Part shown: positions 41,479 to 51,104 of the stretch, in pieces | Numbering within the stretch: the stretch's first letter is position 1 | How the letters are laid out: each line of letters opens with the position of its first letter | Origin: Desulfobacterales bacterium | Lineage (GTDB): Bacteria > Desulfobacterota > Desulfobacteria > Desulfobacterales > UBA2174 | Assembly (NCBI GenBank): GCA_963668645.2 | Contig: CAXXWC010000021.1 | Location: forward strand, 1,088,001-1,152,000 | Length of the DNA: 64,000 nucleotides | Direction: 5' to 3' | Notes under the pieces: generated by a model | The model's database searches: none | Seen by the model: only the letters and a program-made list of their open reading frames with translations | Told to the model about the DNA's origin: nothing | Made by a program: the position numbers and the translations under genes

Positions 41479-43008
41479 TCAGTACAGCTCACAGGCCGGC
41501 GGCATCCGCGGTGTAAAACGCCGGGGGCCGGTCATTACCGCGGCACCGAGACGCCGGGCGATAGCCTTTAACATTCCATGGAAAATCAATTCGTGAAAGG
41601 GATAAAGCCCATACCAGTAGATCAGCCCCCACAGCCCGCGGGGTTCGAAGTGGGAGAGCATCGTCAGTTCACTTACCCCGCCGCCCAGATCCGCAATGGA
41701 AAAATCGAGCAGGGCCGGTCCGGGAGTTTTCATCTCGGCCAGCAGCCTCAGCCGGTAAGGGGCGGACAAATCGAGGACGCGCCAGAAATCGAGGGCGTCG
41801 CCCACCTGCAGTGCCTCAGGATGCCGCCGGCCGCGGCGCAGTCCCACCCCTCCGAGCAGCCGGTCGATCAGACCGCGCAGATACCACAACCCGTCGGCAA
41901 AATAGTAGCCCGTGCGGCCGCCAATATGCACTATCATTTCCCACAACCGCTCGGGCGCGGCCCGCAGGCGGATCCGGTATCCACAGCGCAAGATGGTACC
42001 GCCGGCCCAATGTGGATCCCCGCACACGGCCCATTCAGGCGGCCGGAGACAGCCGGCGTCGCTCCAACAGGTTTCCACCTTGTGGGTCTGCTGGCGGCGC
42101 AGCGCCTGGCGGATGGTCTCTCGGGCCGTGGGGGCCTTATAGGGTAGCAACTGCCGGATGCGCCGGTCACGGCAAATCACCGGCACGGCCAGCCCCTGGG
42201 CCAATGGTTGGGCGATGGCGGCCGGCACCGGGGTCACCAGGTGAATCCAGCAGGCCGAAAGGGTCGGGGTGAGCACCGGCACCGGGAAAATCCGCCGCGG
42301 CGCCAACTCTGCCTCCTGGGCGTAGATCTCGATGAGCCGGCGGTAGGAAAGGATCTCGTCGTCACCGATATCAAAGGTCCGGCCCAGAGCCGGGGCAAGA
42401 TCGAGGCATCCTTTCAAATAGTGCAGTACGCTGGTGATGGAAATCGGCTGGCAGGGCGTGTCGACCCAGCGCGGGGTGATCATCACGGGCAGCCGTTCGA
42501 CCAGGTAACGCAGGATCTCGAACGAGGCACTGCCCGCCCCGAGGATCATCGCAGCCCTGAGCACGGTGGTGGGCACCGGTCCGGCGCGCAGGATCTCCTC
42601 GACCTCATGACGCGATCGCAGGTGGCGGCTGATTGCAGGATCTTTCGGATCGCCGAGCCCGGAAAGGTAGATGATCTGTCCCAGACCTGCAGCCTCGGCC
42701 GCGGCGACCATATTGCGGGCGCCGATGCGGTCGGCCTCGGCGTAGCGGCCCTGCTGGGCGATCATCGAATGTACCAGGTAGTAGGCGGCCCGGCATCCGG
42801 TGGCGGCCGCGGTCAAGGCATCACGATCCAGGGTGTCGCCGACGACCAGTTCAACCCCCGGGTCCGCGGCCCAGGTCCGCCCGGCCAGCTTTTCCCTGGA
42901 ACGGCCCATGGCCCGCACCCGATCGCCTGCCGCCAACAACATCGGCACCAGACGACCTCCCACATAACCCGTAGCCCCGGTGACCAACACTGGCTTTGAG
43001 AATTCCAT
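41479..43008 (-). CDS. YbjT-like atypical SDR with DUF2867 domain
   Basis: VTGATGYVG, YLVHSM, GSASFE, GDALDFWRV, GLIYWY. Confidence 0.88.
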   Translation of the reverse strand: MEFSKPVLVTGATGYVGGRLVPMLLAAGDRVRAMGRSREKLAGRTWAADPGVELVVGDTLDRDALTAAATGCRAAYYLVHSMIAQQGRYAEADRIGARNMVAAAEAAGLGQIIYLSGLGDPKDPAISRHLRSRHEVEEILRAGPVPTTVLRAAMILGAGSASFEILRYLVERLPVMITPRWVDTPCQPISITSVLHYLKGCLDLAPALGRTFDIGDDEILSYRRLIEIYAQEAELAPRRIFPVPVLTPTLSACWIHLVTPVPAAIAQPLAQGLAVPVICRDRRIRQLLPYKAPTARETIRQALRRQQTHKVETCWSDAGCLRPPEWAVCGDPHWAGGTILRCGYRIRLRAAPERLWEMIVHIGGRTGYYFADGLWYLRGLIDRLLGGVGLRRGRRHPEALQVGDALDFWRVLDLSAPYRLRLLAEMKTPGPALLDFSIADLGGGVSELTMLSHFEPRGLWGLIYWYGLYPFHELIFHGMLKAIARRLGAAVMTGPRRFTPRMPPACELY

Positions 43009-43045
43009 GGAGTCCGTCCTTTGGTATCGGACCGATGGGATAAGA

Positions 43046-43996
43046 TCAGGCGTGATTGCGCAGCTTCAACTCGACCGGATGCGGATCGAGGTAGACTTGA
43101 CCGGCCAGGTAGGCCTGGTCATACTTTCGCACGAAGTGGTTCATCAGGGTGACAGGCACCACCAGGGGCACCAACTCCTGGCGGTAGCGTTCGATGAGGG
43201 TCAGCATCTCCTGCTTCTCATCGGCCGACAGTTCCTTTTTGAAATACCCCAGCATGTGCTGCAACACATTGACGTGCTTTTTGACAGACGGCTTTAGGGA
43301 TAGGGCTTCGAGCAGGCCCTGCTCATAGCGGTCGAAAAGGGCCTCGGACGCCTCTTGGCTCCCGACGGCCACCAGCCGCCCCAGGGCCTTGTAGAAGGTC
43401 GGGCTGTGGGCCATCAAGAGCAGCTTGTGCCGGGTATGGAAATCGACCAGGCGGCCCATGCTCGGCCCTTCCTTCAAGGCCTGACGCCAGCGCTGGAGGG
43501 TAAAGACCCGCTCGATGAAGTTTTCCCTGAGCACCGGATCGTGCAGCCTCCCCTCCTCTTCGGCCGGCACCCGGGCAAAGCGTTCGGTAAAGGCCCGGGC
43601 AAAAATCCCGACTCCCTTTTTCTCAGGCACGCCCTTGTCGTTGTATATCTTGACGCGCATCAGCCCGCTGGAGGGCGAGTCTTTTTTAAAAATGAAACCG
43701 CACAGGTCCTCGCCTTCAAGCCGGTCCAGGCGACGGTGAGCCCAAGCCTGCATCCGCTCGGTATGATCGATCCCAGTGCGCGAGGTCACCAAGCGCGGGG
43801 CGCTGACCTCGCCCACCAGTCGCAGGGTCTCGCGGGGCACGGGCAGGCCACATTCCACCTCCGGGCAGACAGGCACCCATTGGACGAAGCGGCCCAGGGT
43901 ATCGGTCAGAAACGGATCCCTGGCGCCCACACCGTTCCAGCGAACCTTTTGACCCAGCAGACAGGCGCTGATACCGATTTTGATAGGCGATTGCAT
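43046..43996 (-). CDS. YbgA-family DUF523+DUF1722 protein (thiouracil/thiouridine desulfidase-like)
   Basis: GISACLLG, VCPEVECG, KKDSPSSG, EEEGRL, FHTRHKLLLMAH, NVLQHMLGYFK. Confidence 0.88.
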   Translation of the reverse strand: MQSPIKIGISACLLGQKVRWNGVGARDPFLTDTLGRFVQWVPVCPEVECGLPVPRETLRLVGEVSAPRLVTSRTGIDHTERMQAWAHRRLDRLEGEDLCGFIFKKDSPSSGLMRVKIYNDKGVPEKKGVGIFARAFTERFARVPAEEEGRLHDPVLRENFIERVFTLQRWRQALKEGPSMGRLVDFHTRHKLLLMAHSPTFYKALGRLVAVGSQEASEALFDRYEQGLLEALSLKPSVKKHVNVLQHMLGYFKKELSADEKQEMLTLIERYRQELVPLVVPVTLMNHFVRKYDQAYLAGQVYLDPHPVELKLRNHA

Positions 43997-44068
43997 CCTT
44001 CCTCCGTTGGCCCCCGGATGAATCCTGGCACCTATGGTTCCCTGTCCGGCGCCTTGCCGGGGGACGCA

Positions 44069-44461
44069 TCATTGGCCCGGACCGATGAGGGGCAGCACCC
44101 GATCAACCCGGAAGATCACCAGAAAAAGCGGGCCGGGGTCTGTTTCTCGCAGCATGGCTGTCTGACGCCGCTTGAGTTCGGCGATGCGCGGGGAATCCTG
44201 CTCTTCGGCGATCATGGTCAGGTGCAGGCGCCGTCCGCGGTACCCGTCCCCTTGCTCGCGGAAAAGATAGGCGGCATGGGGATTGGCCTGAAGATTGTGG
44301 TGATTGAGCCGATCACGCATGATCATGGCCAGGGTCCCATCCTCCAGGACATGGGGCCGGGCGTAGACCGCCAGGTTGACCCGGCCCTGGGCATCGGCCG
44401 TGGCCAGGACACCGAAACCGACTGTATGGGCAAAATAATCTTTCAATTCGTCTGGTTCCAT
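44069..44461 (-). CDS. Pyridoxamine 5'-phosphate oxidase-family FMN-binding protein
   Basis: GVLATAD..G.VNLAVYARPH, NLQANPHAAYLF; GGAG RBS before ATG 44461. Confidence 0.8.
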   Translation of the reverse strand: MEPDELKDYFAHTVGFGVLATADAQGRVNLAVYARPHVLEDGTLAMIMRDRLNHHNLQANPHAAYLFREQGDGYRGRRLHLTMIAEEQDSPRIAELKRRQTAMLRETDPGPLFLVIFRVDRVLPLIGPGQ

Positions 44462-44561
44462 ATCTTCTCTCCTTTGCTGGAACCGCGACGGCGGCGTGTA
44501 CAATCATTCCATCTGCCCCAAAAGGGCGATAAACGATCATTCATTGGCCGTCGTGGTCGGT

Positions 44562-45269
44562 CTAGGAAACTGCTTGCCCGCGCATCCCGGTGCCGGTCTC
44601 GAATCCGGCGATCCAGCCGTCTACGCGCCGTTCGCCGTAATTTCGGCGCCAGGCGGCCACGATCTCCTCGATGGGTACGTCAGCCCGAGAACCGTGGTCC
44701 TTCAGATATTCAATGAAAAGCCGACCGTCATCGGTGCGCAGCGGCAAAATGGCATCTTGGCGTCCGTCGAAGCACACGGGGGCCACCCCCTGACGGGCGA
44801 AAAGCTCGGCGTTAAAAGCCGGGGTCGCCTTGACCCAGCGGCCGTGGAGCCAGAATTCGGTAAAGCCGTGGAACACGAAAAGATCCGTGCCCAGGGTCTC
44901 GACAAGCAGCGGGGTAGCCAGGTGATTGCGCAGGTCGGCGAATCCAAGGCGACTTGCGATCCCAAGGGCCCGTCCCAGGGCGCAGAGCAGCACCGCCTTG
45001 GTCACACAAAAACCGCGGCCGGAAACCAGGGTGGCGCTGGCGCGGTAGTGTGCCGGCCGGTAGAAGGGAACGTAGGGATCGTAGCGGATCCGGTCACGCA
45101 CGGCATAAAAGAGGCTCGCCGCCCGATCGGCCGGCTCGTCTCCAGCCCCCTCGACCGCGGCCCGGGCAAAAGCCGCAACGGCAGGGTGGCCGGCATCGAT
45201 CATGGCCGTGGCCGTCAAAAACGTGGATTCCGGGGCGGCCGCCTCATGCGATGAATCGCTGGGGGTCAT
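44562..45269 (-). CDS. Transglutaminase-like protein
   Basis: VRDRIRYDPY, GFCVTKAVLL, FHG..E, WVKATP. Confidence 0.85.
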   Translation of the reverse strand: MTPSDSSHEAAAPESTFLTATAMIDAGHPAVAAFARAAVEGAGDEPADRAASLFYAVRDRIRYDPYVPFYRPAHYRASATLVSGRGFCVTKAVLLCALGRALGIASRLGFADLRNHLATPLLVETLGTDLFVFHGFTEFWLHGRWVKATPAFNAELFARQGVAPVCFDGRQDAILPLRTDDGRLFIEYLKDHGSRADVPIEEIVAAWRRNYGERRVDGWIAGFETGTGMRGQAVS

Positions 45270-45299
45270 CGTACCGCTCCTCGTGGTTCCAACTGCGTT

Positions 45300-46172
45300 T
45301 CAGAGGGGATAGGGTGTAAGGCTTTCCACCCCGTCGGCTGTCACCAGACAGGTTTGTTCGAACTGGGCCGATAGGCTCCCGTCTTCGGTCACCGCCGTCC
45401 ACTGATTGTCCAGGATGTAAAGCTGCCGTTTGCCCAGGTTGATCATCGGTTCGATGGTAAAGACCATCCCGGGCACCAGGGGCACCCCGCTTCCGGGCCG
45501 GCCGTAGTGGAGAATCTGCGGCGGCTCGTGAAAGTCGAAACCCACCCCGTGGCCGACGAATTCGCGCACCACGCTGCAGCCCTGGTTCTCGGCATAACTC
45601 TGTATGGCCCAGCCGATATCCCCTGTTGTGGCTCCGGGACGCACCACCTCCATTCCCCTTCGCAGGCATTCTTGCGCCACGGCTACAATCTTGCGCGCCT
45701 GGACATCGGGCTCGCCCACGAAAAAGGTCTGATTTGTATCGGCGTAATACCCGTCGAGAATCGGCGTGACGTCCACGTTGACGATATCGCCGGATTCCAG
45801 GATCCGCGGACCGGGAATCCCATGGCAGATCTCGTCGTTGACCGACACGCAGACACTCTTGGGAAACCCTCGATAGTTCAGGGGCGCAGGAGTGGCCCCG
45901 TTTGCCAGGGTAAACTCGTGCACCAGGGTGTTGATCTCCTCGGTGGTGATTCCCGGCCGCAGTGCGGCGGCAACCATCTCCAAGGTCGAAACCGCCAAGC
46001 GCCCGGCCAGACGGATTTTTTCAACATCCTCGGGCCCCTTCAGGCGGATCTTGTACTGTCGCAAGTAGCGCTCCTTGAGATCCTCGGCCCCTGCCGGGGC
46101 TTTTCCGAAACAGCATTTTTTATACTTCAGCCCGCTGCCGCAAGGGCATGGGTCGTTGCGACCGATCTTCAT
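45300..46172 (-). CDS. map: Type I methionine aminopeptidase with N-terminal SEC-C motif
   Basis: [57 protein letters not shown]. Confidence 0.93.
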   Translation of the reverse strand: MKIGRNDPCPCGSGLKYKKCCFGKAPAGAEDLKERYLRQYKIRLKGPEDVEKIRLAGRLAVSTLEMVAAALRPGITTEEINTLVHEFTLANGATPAPLNYRGFPKSVCVSVNDEICHGIPGPRILESGDIVNVDVTPILDGYYADTNQTFFVGEPDVQARKIVAVAQECLRRGMEVVRPGATTGDIGWAIQSYAENQGCSVVREFVGHGVGFDFHEPPQILHYGRPGSGVPLVPGMVFTIEPMINLGKRQLYILDNQWTAVTEDGSLSAQFEQTCLVTADGVESLTPYPL

Positions 46173-46340
46173 GGCATCAATCCGGATAGCACCTGTTCCC
46201 ACCTGAACTCAATCTGTTGAACGCCGCGCAGTTACGCTTGGAGCGGCTGGGAAAAATTACCCGCCCCCGCGCGTCGCAACCTGTCGTCGCCACGGTATCC
46301 ACTGGCCGGGAGGCTGTCAAGGTGAAAGCCCTGTTTTACG

Positions 46341-47567
46341 TCAGATAGTGAAACGCTGTGTTTCGGCCGGTGCGACACAGTGGGTGGATGATTTTAAGGA
46401 GACCAACTGGGACTGGGCCAACGCCAGTTTGGCATCTATGGCTTGATCGTTTTGTGAAGGATTGTGGTGATAGAGGTAGAGGGTTTTGACCCCTGCCTCG
46501 TGTGCCCAGGCCACCACACTGCTCACCGAGGAATGGCCCCAGCCGACCTTGGTGAGATATTCGGTATCCGTGTAGGTGCAGTCGGTGATCAGGGCGTCCG
46601 CGCCTTGAACAAATTCGGTAATCTTTGCCAGATACTGCGGATCGTGTTGCGCCATGGTGGTCGGAAAAATCTCGTGGTCGGTCATGTAACATACCGAACG
46701 TCCATGATAATCGAGACGGTACCCCAGGCAAAATCCAGGGTGTTTGAGCAGTATGGTGCGAATTTTAATCGCATCGATCTCAATGGTTTCCTCATGAAGA
46801 TCGCGGAAATTGACATCAGCGGCGAAGGTTTTGATATTTATCGGAAAGTAGACGCCGTCCATCTGCCCGGCGATCAACTCCCGCATGCCGATGCTCCCGT
46901 GGGCCGGCCCCCAGATACGGACGCGGTGGCCAGGTTTGTATAGCGGGTCAAAAAACGGCAACCCGTTGATATGGTCCCAGTGGGGATGCGAAATAAAGAT
47001 ACGGATGTCTTTGGGTATCCCGCAATCCATTAATTGGTCGGACAGGACTTTGATGCCTGTACCGGCATCAAAAATCAGAAAAATCCCCCTTGCCAGCATG
47101 AGGCTGACGCAATTGGTGTTGCCGCCGTAACGCACGGTGGCGGATCCGGGAACAGGCAAGGTCCCGTGAACCCCCCAAAAGGTCAATTGAATGCGGTCCT
47201 GGAAGATGCGCAGCACCTCGGCACAAAAATGGTCCGGATCCACGGGCTTGACGATGAAGCCAGCCGCACCTAGTTCCAGGGCCTGATAGTGGTCGGCATC
47301 GTAGGCCTTGCCGGAGACCACGATGATGCGCACATCTTGAAGCGATGGTTCGGCACGTATCTGGCGCACGAGGCCCAGCCAGTCAAAATCGGGCATCGTC
47401 ATGTCCAGCAGCACACAGTCAGGCCGCTGAGTGATGATCTGCGTCAGGGCATGCTCGGGGGATGTCGTGCCCGTCACGCTCGCGGCCAAAGGCGCCAGAT
47501 AGGTGGCATACAGGGCCAGCGCGCTGCGATCCTTGTTGAGAATGAAAAACCTTATCTGGCTGGCCAT
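46341..47567 (-). CDS. Receiver domain fused to MBL-fold metallo-hydrolase
   Basis: REC: LLDMTMP, VVSG, FIVKP; MBL: YGGNTNC, DAGTG, HPHWDH, GWGHSS, YHHNP; start ATG 47567. Confidence 0.88.
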   Translation of the reverse strand: MASQIRFFILNKDRSALALYATYLAPLAASVTGTTSPEHALTQIITQRPDCVLLDMTMPDFDWLGLVRQIRAEPSLQDVRIIVVSGKAYDADHYQALELGAAGFIVKPVDPDHFCAEVLRIFQDRIQLTFWGVHGTLPVPGSATVRYGGNTNCVSLMLARGIFLIFDAGTGIKVLSDQLMDCGIPKDIRIFISHPHWDHINGLPFFDPLYKPGHRVRIWGPAHGSIGMRELIAGQMDGVYFPINIKTFAADVNFRDLHEETIEIDAIKIRTILLKHPGFCLGYRLDYHGRSVCYMTDHEIFPTTMAQHDPQYLAKITEFVQGADALITDCTYTDTEYLTKVGWGHSSVSSVVAWAHEAGVKTLYLYHHNPSQNDQAIDAKLALAQSQLVSLKSSTHCVAPAETQRFTI

Positions 47568-48090
47568 ACTCCCCCCACTCGGACGGCGGGTCTTGGGTTG
47601 ATGGAGCGCGGGGATGTTCACCAGCGGGGCGTATTGCGCCACCACGGGCAATAGATGCTTAACAACCGGTTCTTTATTTAACTAAGCCAAAGGTACGATG
47701 CTGTCAATCCGAAAGGCCTCGGACAACCCCGCGGCCAGAAAAATATCCTGCGGCCTCAGCGCTGCCTGGGTCTGGGATGAATGGAGCAAAGCAGGGCAAA
47801 AGGCCAAGAGGTAATGGCTTCGAAAAAAAAACCGACCATGATCAGTACCACTGTCAATGGCAGCTTGAGCAGGTACCACTGGATTTGGGTTGCGATCTGG
47901 TGGTTCGAAAAATTCAGTTTTTGCATACCGATAACTGAAGCCTCCTAAATGTTGCCATCAATACCAGTTGCACCTAAGCAATTTTTACACGTTCACCAGC
48001 CAAGCGATGGTGGATTCGATTAACACGCCAACCGGCCAAAGGCAAGCCAGAGTTCGCCGTTGCAGTAATCGACGCTGGGTCCCATTTCGC

Positions 48091-49002
48091 TCAGGCGCCT
48101 TCTTTTCTTATGGTATTTACTACGACCTGTATACAGGCTTCCCGCAACACTGGATCCAAATGATTGCCCGGCAAATCGATACAGGGTACGGATGGCAGCG
48201 CATGGTGGAAAAAATCTCTTGTTTTATCGGCCGATACGAGGGTATCCCGCCGACTGAGGAAGACGAGCAACCGCCGGCCCTCCCGTAGCACGAGGCGACG
48301 CGCCGCCGGTCTCAAGTCACAGGTGACGATATCGGCCACTTCTTTTATGGTGCGGATCGGGTTGGCAATGGTTTTGATCAAAAGAGTGCGCAATCCAACC
48401 ATTACCCGGCGGCAGTCACCCTTTAATACTTCATCAGTCCCTTCATAACTCTTGAGTTTTCTGCGATTATGGTAATAATCACGTAAAATAAAGAGGAACA
48501 CAAAACGGAGGCAATGGGCGAAAAATCCCCGGGTATTGCCAAAACCGGAAGGGTTGATAAGCGTTATCGTCCCGATACGCGGGAAAGATGTCGCAGGATG
48601 ACCGTCGAAGACCCGAACCACTTCCTGAGCCGCATAGGAATGGGCCACCACGTCGAGATCTGTGATACCGAAGTTTTTATAAAGGCTCTCTACGAAATGG
48701 TTCAGGGTTGCTGGTCTCTCAATCGCAGGCCTTACAAAAAAAGACAGCGGGCCGCCAATAAAACGCTCAACCGCGGCGACGTCTCCCCCTCTTTGCAGAG
48801 CACTGTTGATAAAATAGCTTACATCCGAGGTTTGAGTGCTAGTCCCTGTCAAGACTAGCAGGCAACGATGGCATATACTGTCGGTCGAAGAAAATATTAC
48901 ACCTTGGTAGCGCGTGCATCGCGGCCGGCCTCTAACCACAATCTCACAATCATTTATTATCGTAGATATATTCATATAGAAAGGAGTAAATTGTGGGGTC
49001 AC
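48091..49002 (-). CDS. Alpha/beta-fold hydrolase
   Basis: Nucleophile elbow VAHSYAA, LINPSG, acid RRDTLV, His PGNHL; start uncertain. Confidence 0.65.
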   Translation of the reverse strand: MTPQFTPFYMNISTIINDCEIVVRGRPRCTRYQGVIFSSTDSICHRCLLVLTGTSTQTSDVSYFINSALQRGGDVAAVERFIGGPLSFFVRPAIERPATLNHFVESLYKNFGITDLDVVAHSYAAQEVVRVFDGHPATSFPRIGTITLINPSGFGNTRGFFAHCLRFVFLFILRDYYHNRRKLKSYEGTDEVLKGDCRRVMVGLRTLLIKTIANPIRTIKEVADIVTCDLRPAARRLVLREGRRLLVFLSRRDTLVSADKTRDFFHHALPSVPCIDLPGNHLDPVLREACIQVVVNTIRKEGA

Positions 49003-49541
49003 GGTTTGTCATCTTAGTCCTTCTTAAGAAATCCGGACCAGAAAACCTTCTGCCGTCAAGCTATGACTCGATTCCCCCTTTCTCGTAGTGCCCCTATGGC
49101 CGAGTCCGAATAGCATAGCACTTCACAATAAATCAAGTCTTTCGGAACAATCGCAAAATCACTTACCAACAACAATAATATATCTATATTTCATAACCTT
49201 ACCAAGCATCACTCCACAGCAATATGGCGCTGCGAAGATTGTGAAAATTTGGCATTTCCATTTCCATCTGACTCCAGGCCGATATTATTTTGTTTCCCCT
49301 TTTAATTCAAATAGTTAATCGCGCACCAAATGTCAACAGGGTTCCAGAAGAGAGAAAAAATCAATTATCCTTTGTTGAAACACTCTAAAATGATATATAG
49401 AGTACCGTTCACCGTTGCGGGATTCTTTCGTTGCGTTGGACACGAGGTTGGGGGCGTCAAGACATTGATGTCAAAAATCATAAACGGTGAAAATAGAGCA
49501 TAGCCGAAAGGCAAACGGAACACGAGAAAGGCTTGCAGCTA

Positions 49542-51014
49542 ATGCGAATATTGCTGATAAGCGTCACGGGACGGCTACCGATGGATGGATCCCGATTGAT
49601 ATCCGCCCTGCTCAAAAAATCAGGCCACAGAGTGACAAATGTCTATATGGCAAGGCGGCAACCGGAATATGTGAAGAATGAATTCCAAACTTTAGACGCT
49701 CTATTACGCCGGTGCGATCTTGTCATGATCGCTGTCTACAGCAGCTATGCAGCCCGCGCAGTTGCACTTACGGATTACATCCATTGCAAATACCCCGGGG
49801 TTATGGTCGCCTGGGGAGGCCCTCACTGCATCTCCGTCCCCCAGATATGCCTAAGGCATGCCGATGCGGTCTGTTTTTCTGAGGGAGACCAAGCAGTGCC
49901 TGAATTCGTTGAAAAAATCTCGATCGGAAAGGATTACACAGACACACCGAATATGGCTTTCAAGATCGGTAACCGTATCCAAGTCAACAAAGTGTTACCT
50001 CCTTTTGACGCGCTGGATCAATTGCCATATTATGACTACGGTTTCGATGATCAATTCGTATTAGATAGAGATCTATTACCCATAGATCGAGAAACCATGA
50101 AAGAGATGATGCGCCAATATCCATTTTATCTACCGGCGCTTTTCTTTCTTACATCGCGTGGATGCCCTCACCAGTGCAGCTACTGCAACAACAACCGTTT
50201 TGTATCACTTTTTGGGAAAAACAGGATTCGATTCTACTCTCCAGAAAGAGTCATAAATGAACTCAAGACGATTCTATCAGGACTCGATTTCGTTGAATTT
50301 ATAGGCTTTGGTGATGATGATTTTATGGCAAGAAATGAAGAAGAAATACATGCTATCGTTCAAAGGTTTAAAAAAGAAATAGGACTTCCATTTGGCGTGG
50401 CCGCAAGCGCAAATACATTCCATAAAAGAAAGTTCGAGATTCTTATGGACCATGGCATGGTGGCTTTCAACATGGGAATCCAGTCTGGTAGCCCACGTGT
50501 TTTAAAAGAGATCTATAATCGCCCTATAAGCCTGAAACGAACTCGATCCATAATTAACAATATCAAGCCATACAACCGTTCCGGGAAGATAACAATCGTC
50601 CTAGATTTCATAATTGACAATCCTTATGAGACGAGTGAAGACATTCTGGCAACTTTCCATTATCTACTCGACCTGCCTGCCCGCATCAAACCTAATCTTT
50701 TCTTTTTATCCTTTTTCCCTGGAACCCCAATTTACGAAAGGGCCATCAAAGATGGCTATATCCAATCAGATGATGATTCTCACTACCGTTCTTTTACCCG
50801 AAGCCGAATTCGCTACCAGAAGAATTACGAAACTTTTCTCGTTCTTTTAGTTCGCTTCGCAAAACTAAAGCCAAAGTTTGAAAGACTACCAAAATCTTTT
50901 TTCCTCTTTCTTGCAAGCCGTCCGGTGCGCTGCTTTGCAAAATATCTACCCAGTATTTTTTATGAAAAAGCAATAAACCGGCTGGTAGTATCCAAAGCTC
51001 AGATCAAAAAATAA
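49542..51014 (+). CDS. Cobalamin-binding radical SAM enzyme (class B methylase-like)
   Basis: B12 domain WGGPH, CFSEGD; TSRGCPHQCSYC; DDDF, GIQSGS, FFPGT. Confidence 0.92.
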   Translation: MRILLISVTGRLPMDGSRLISALLKKSGHRVTNVYMARRQPEYVKNEFQTLDALLRRCDLVMIAVYSSYAARAVALTDYIHCKYPGVMVAWGGPHCISVPQICLRHADAVCFSEGDQAVPEFVEKISIGKDYTDTPNMAFKIGNRIQVNKVLPPFDALDQLPYYDYGFDDQFVLDRDLLPIDRETMKEMMRQYPFYLPALFFLTSRGCPHQCSYCNNNRFVSLFGKNRIRFYSPERVINELKTILSGLDFVEFIGFGDDDFMARNEEEIHAIVQRFKKEIGLPFGVAASANTFHKRKFEILMDHGMVAFNMGIQSGSPRVLKEIYNRPISLKRTRSIINNIKPYNRSGKITIVLDFIIDNPYETSEDILATFHYLLDLPARIKPNLFFLSFFPGTPIYERAIKDGYIQSDDDSHYRSFTRSRIRYQKNYETFLVLLVRFAKLKPKFERLPKSFFLFLASRPVRCFAKYLPSIFYEKAINRLVVSKAQIKK

Positions 51015-51104
51015 ATGGGATAAAATAGCTACCAATATTAAAAAATATATTTAAAACAGAAACACCTGTCTGACCATTCATCTAAGTCACAAAGGCGGTT
51101 TTTG

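Noticed and set aside
49503..49540. CCGAAAGGCAAAC resembling the GEMM-I 5' end upstream of the radical SAM
   Set aside because: Lacks the P2 pairing and GACGCAAAG; too close to the start codon.
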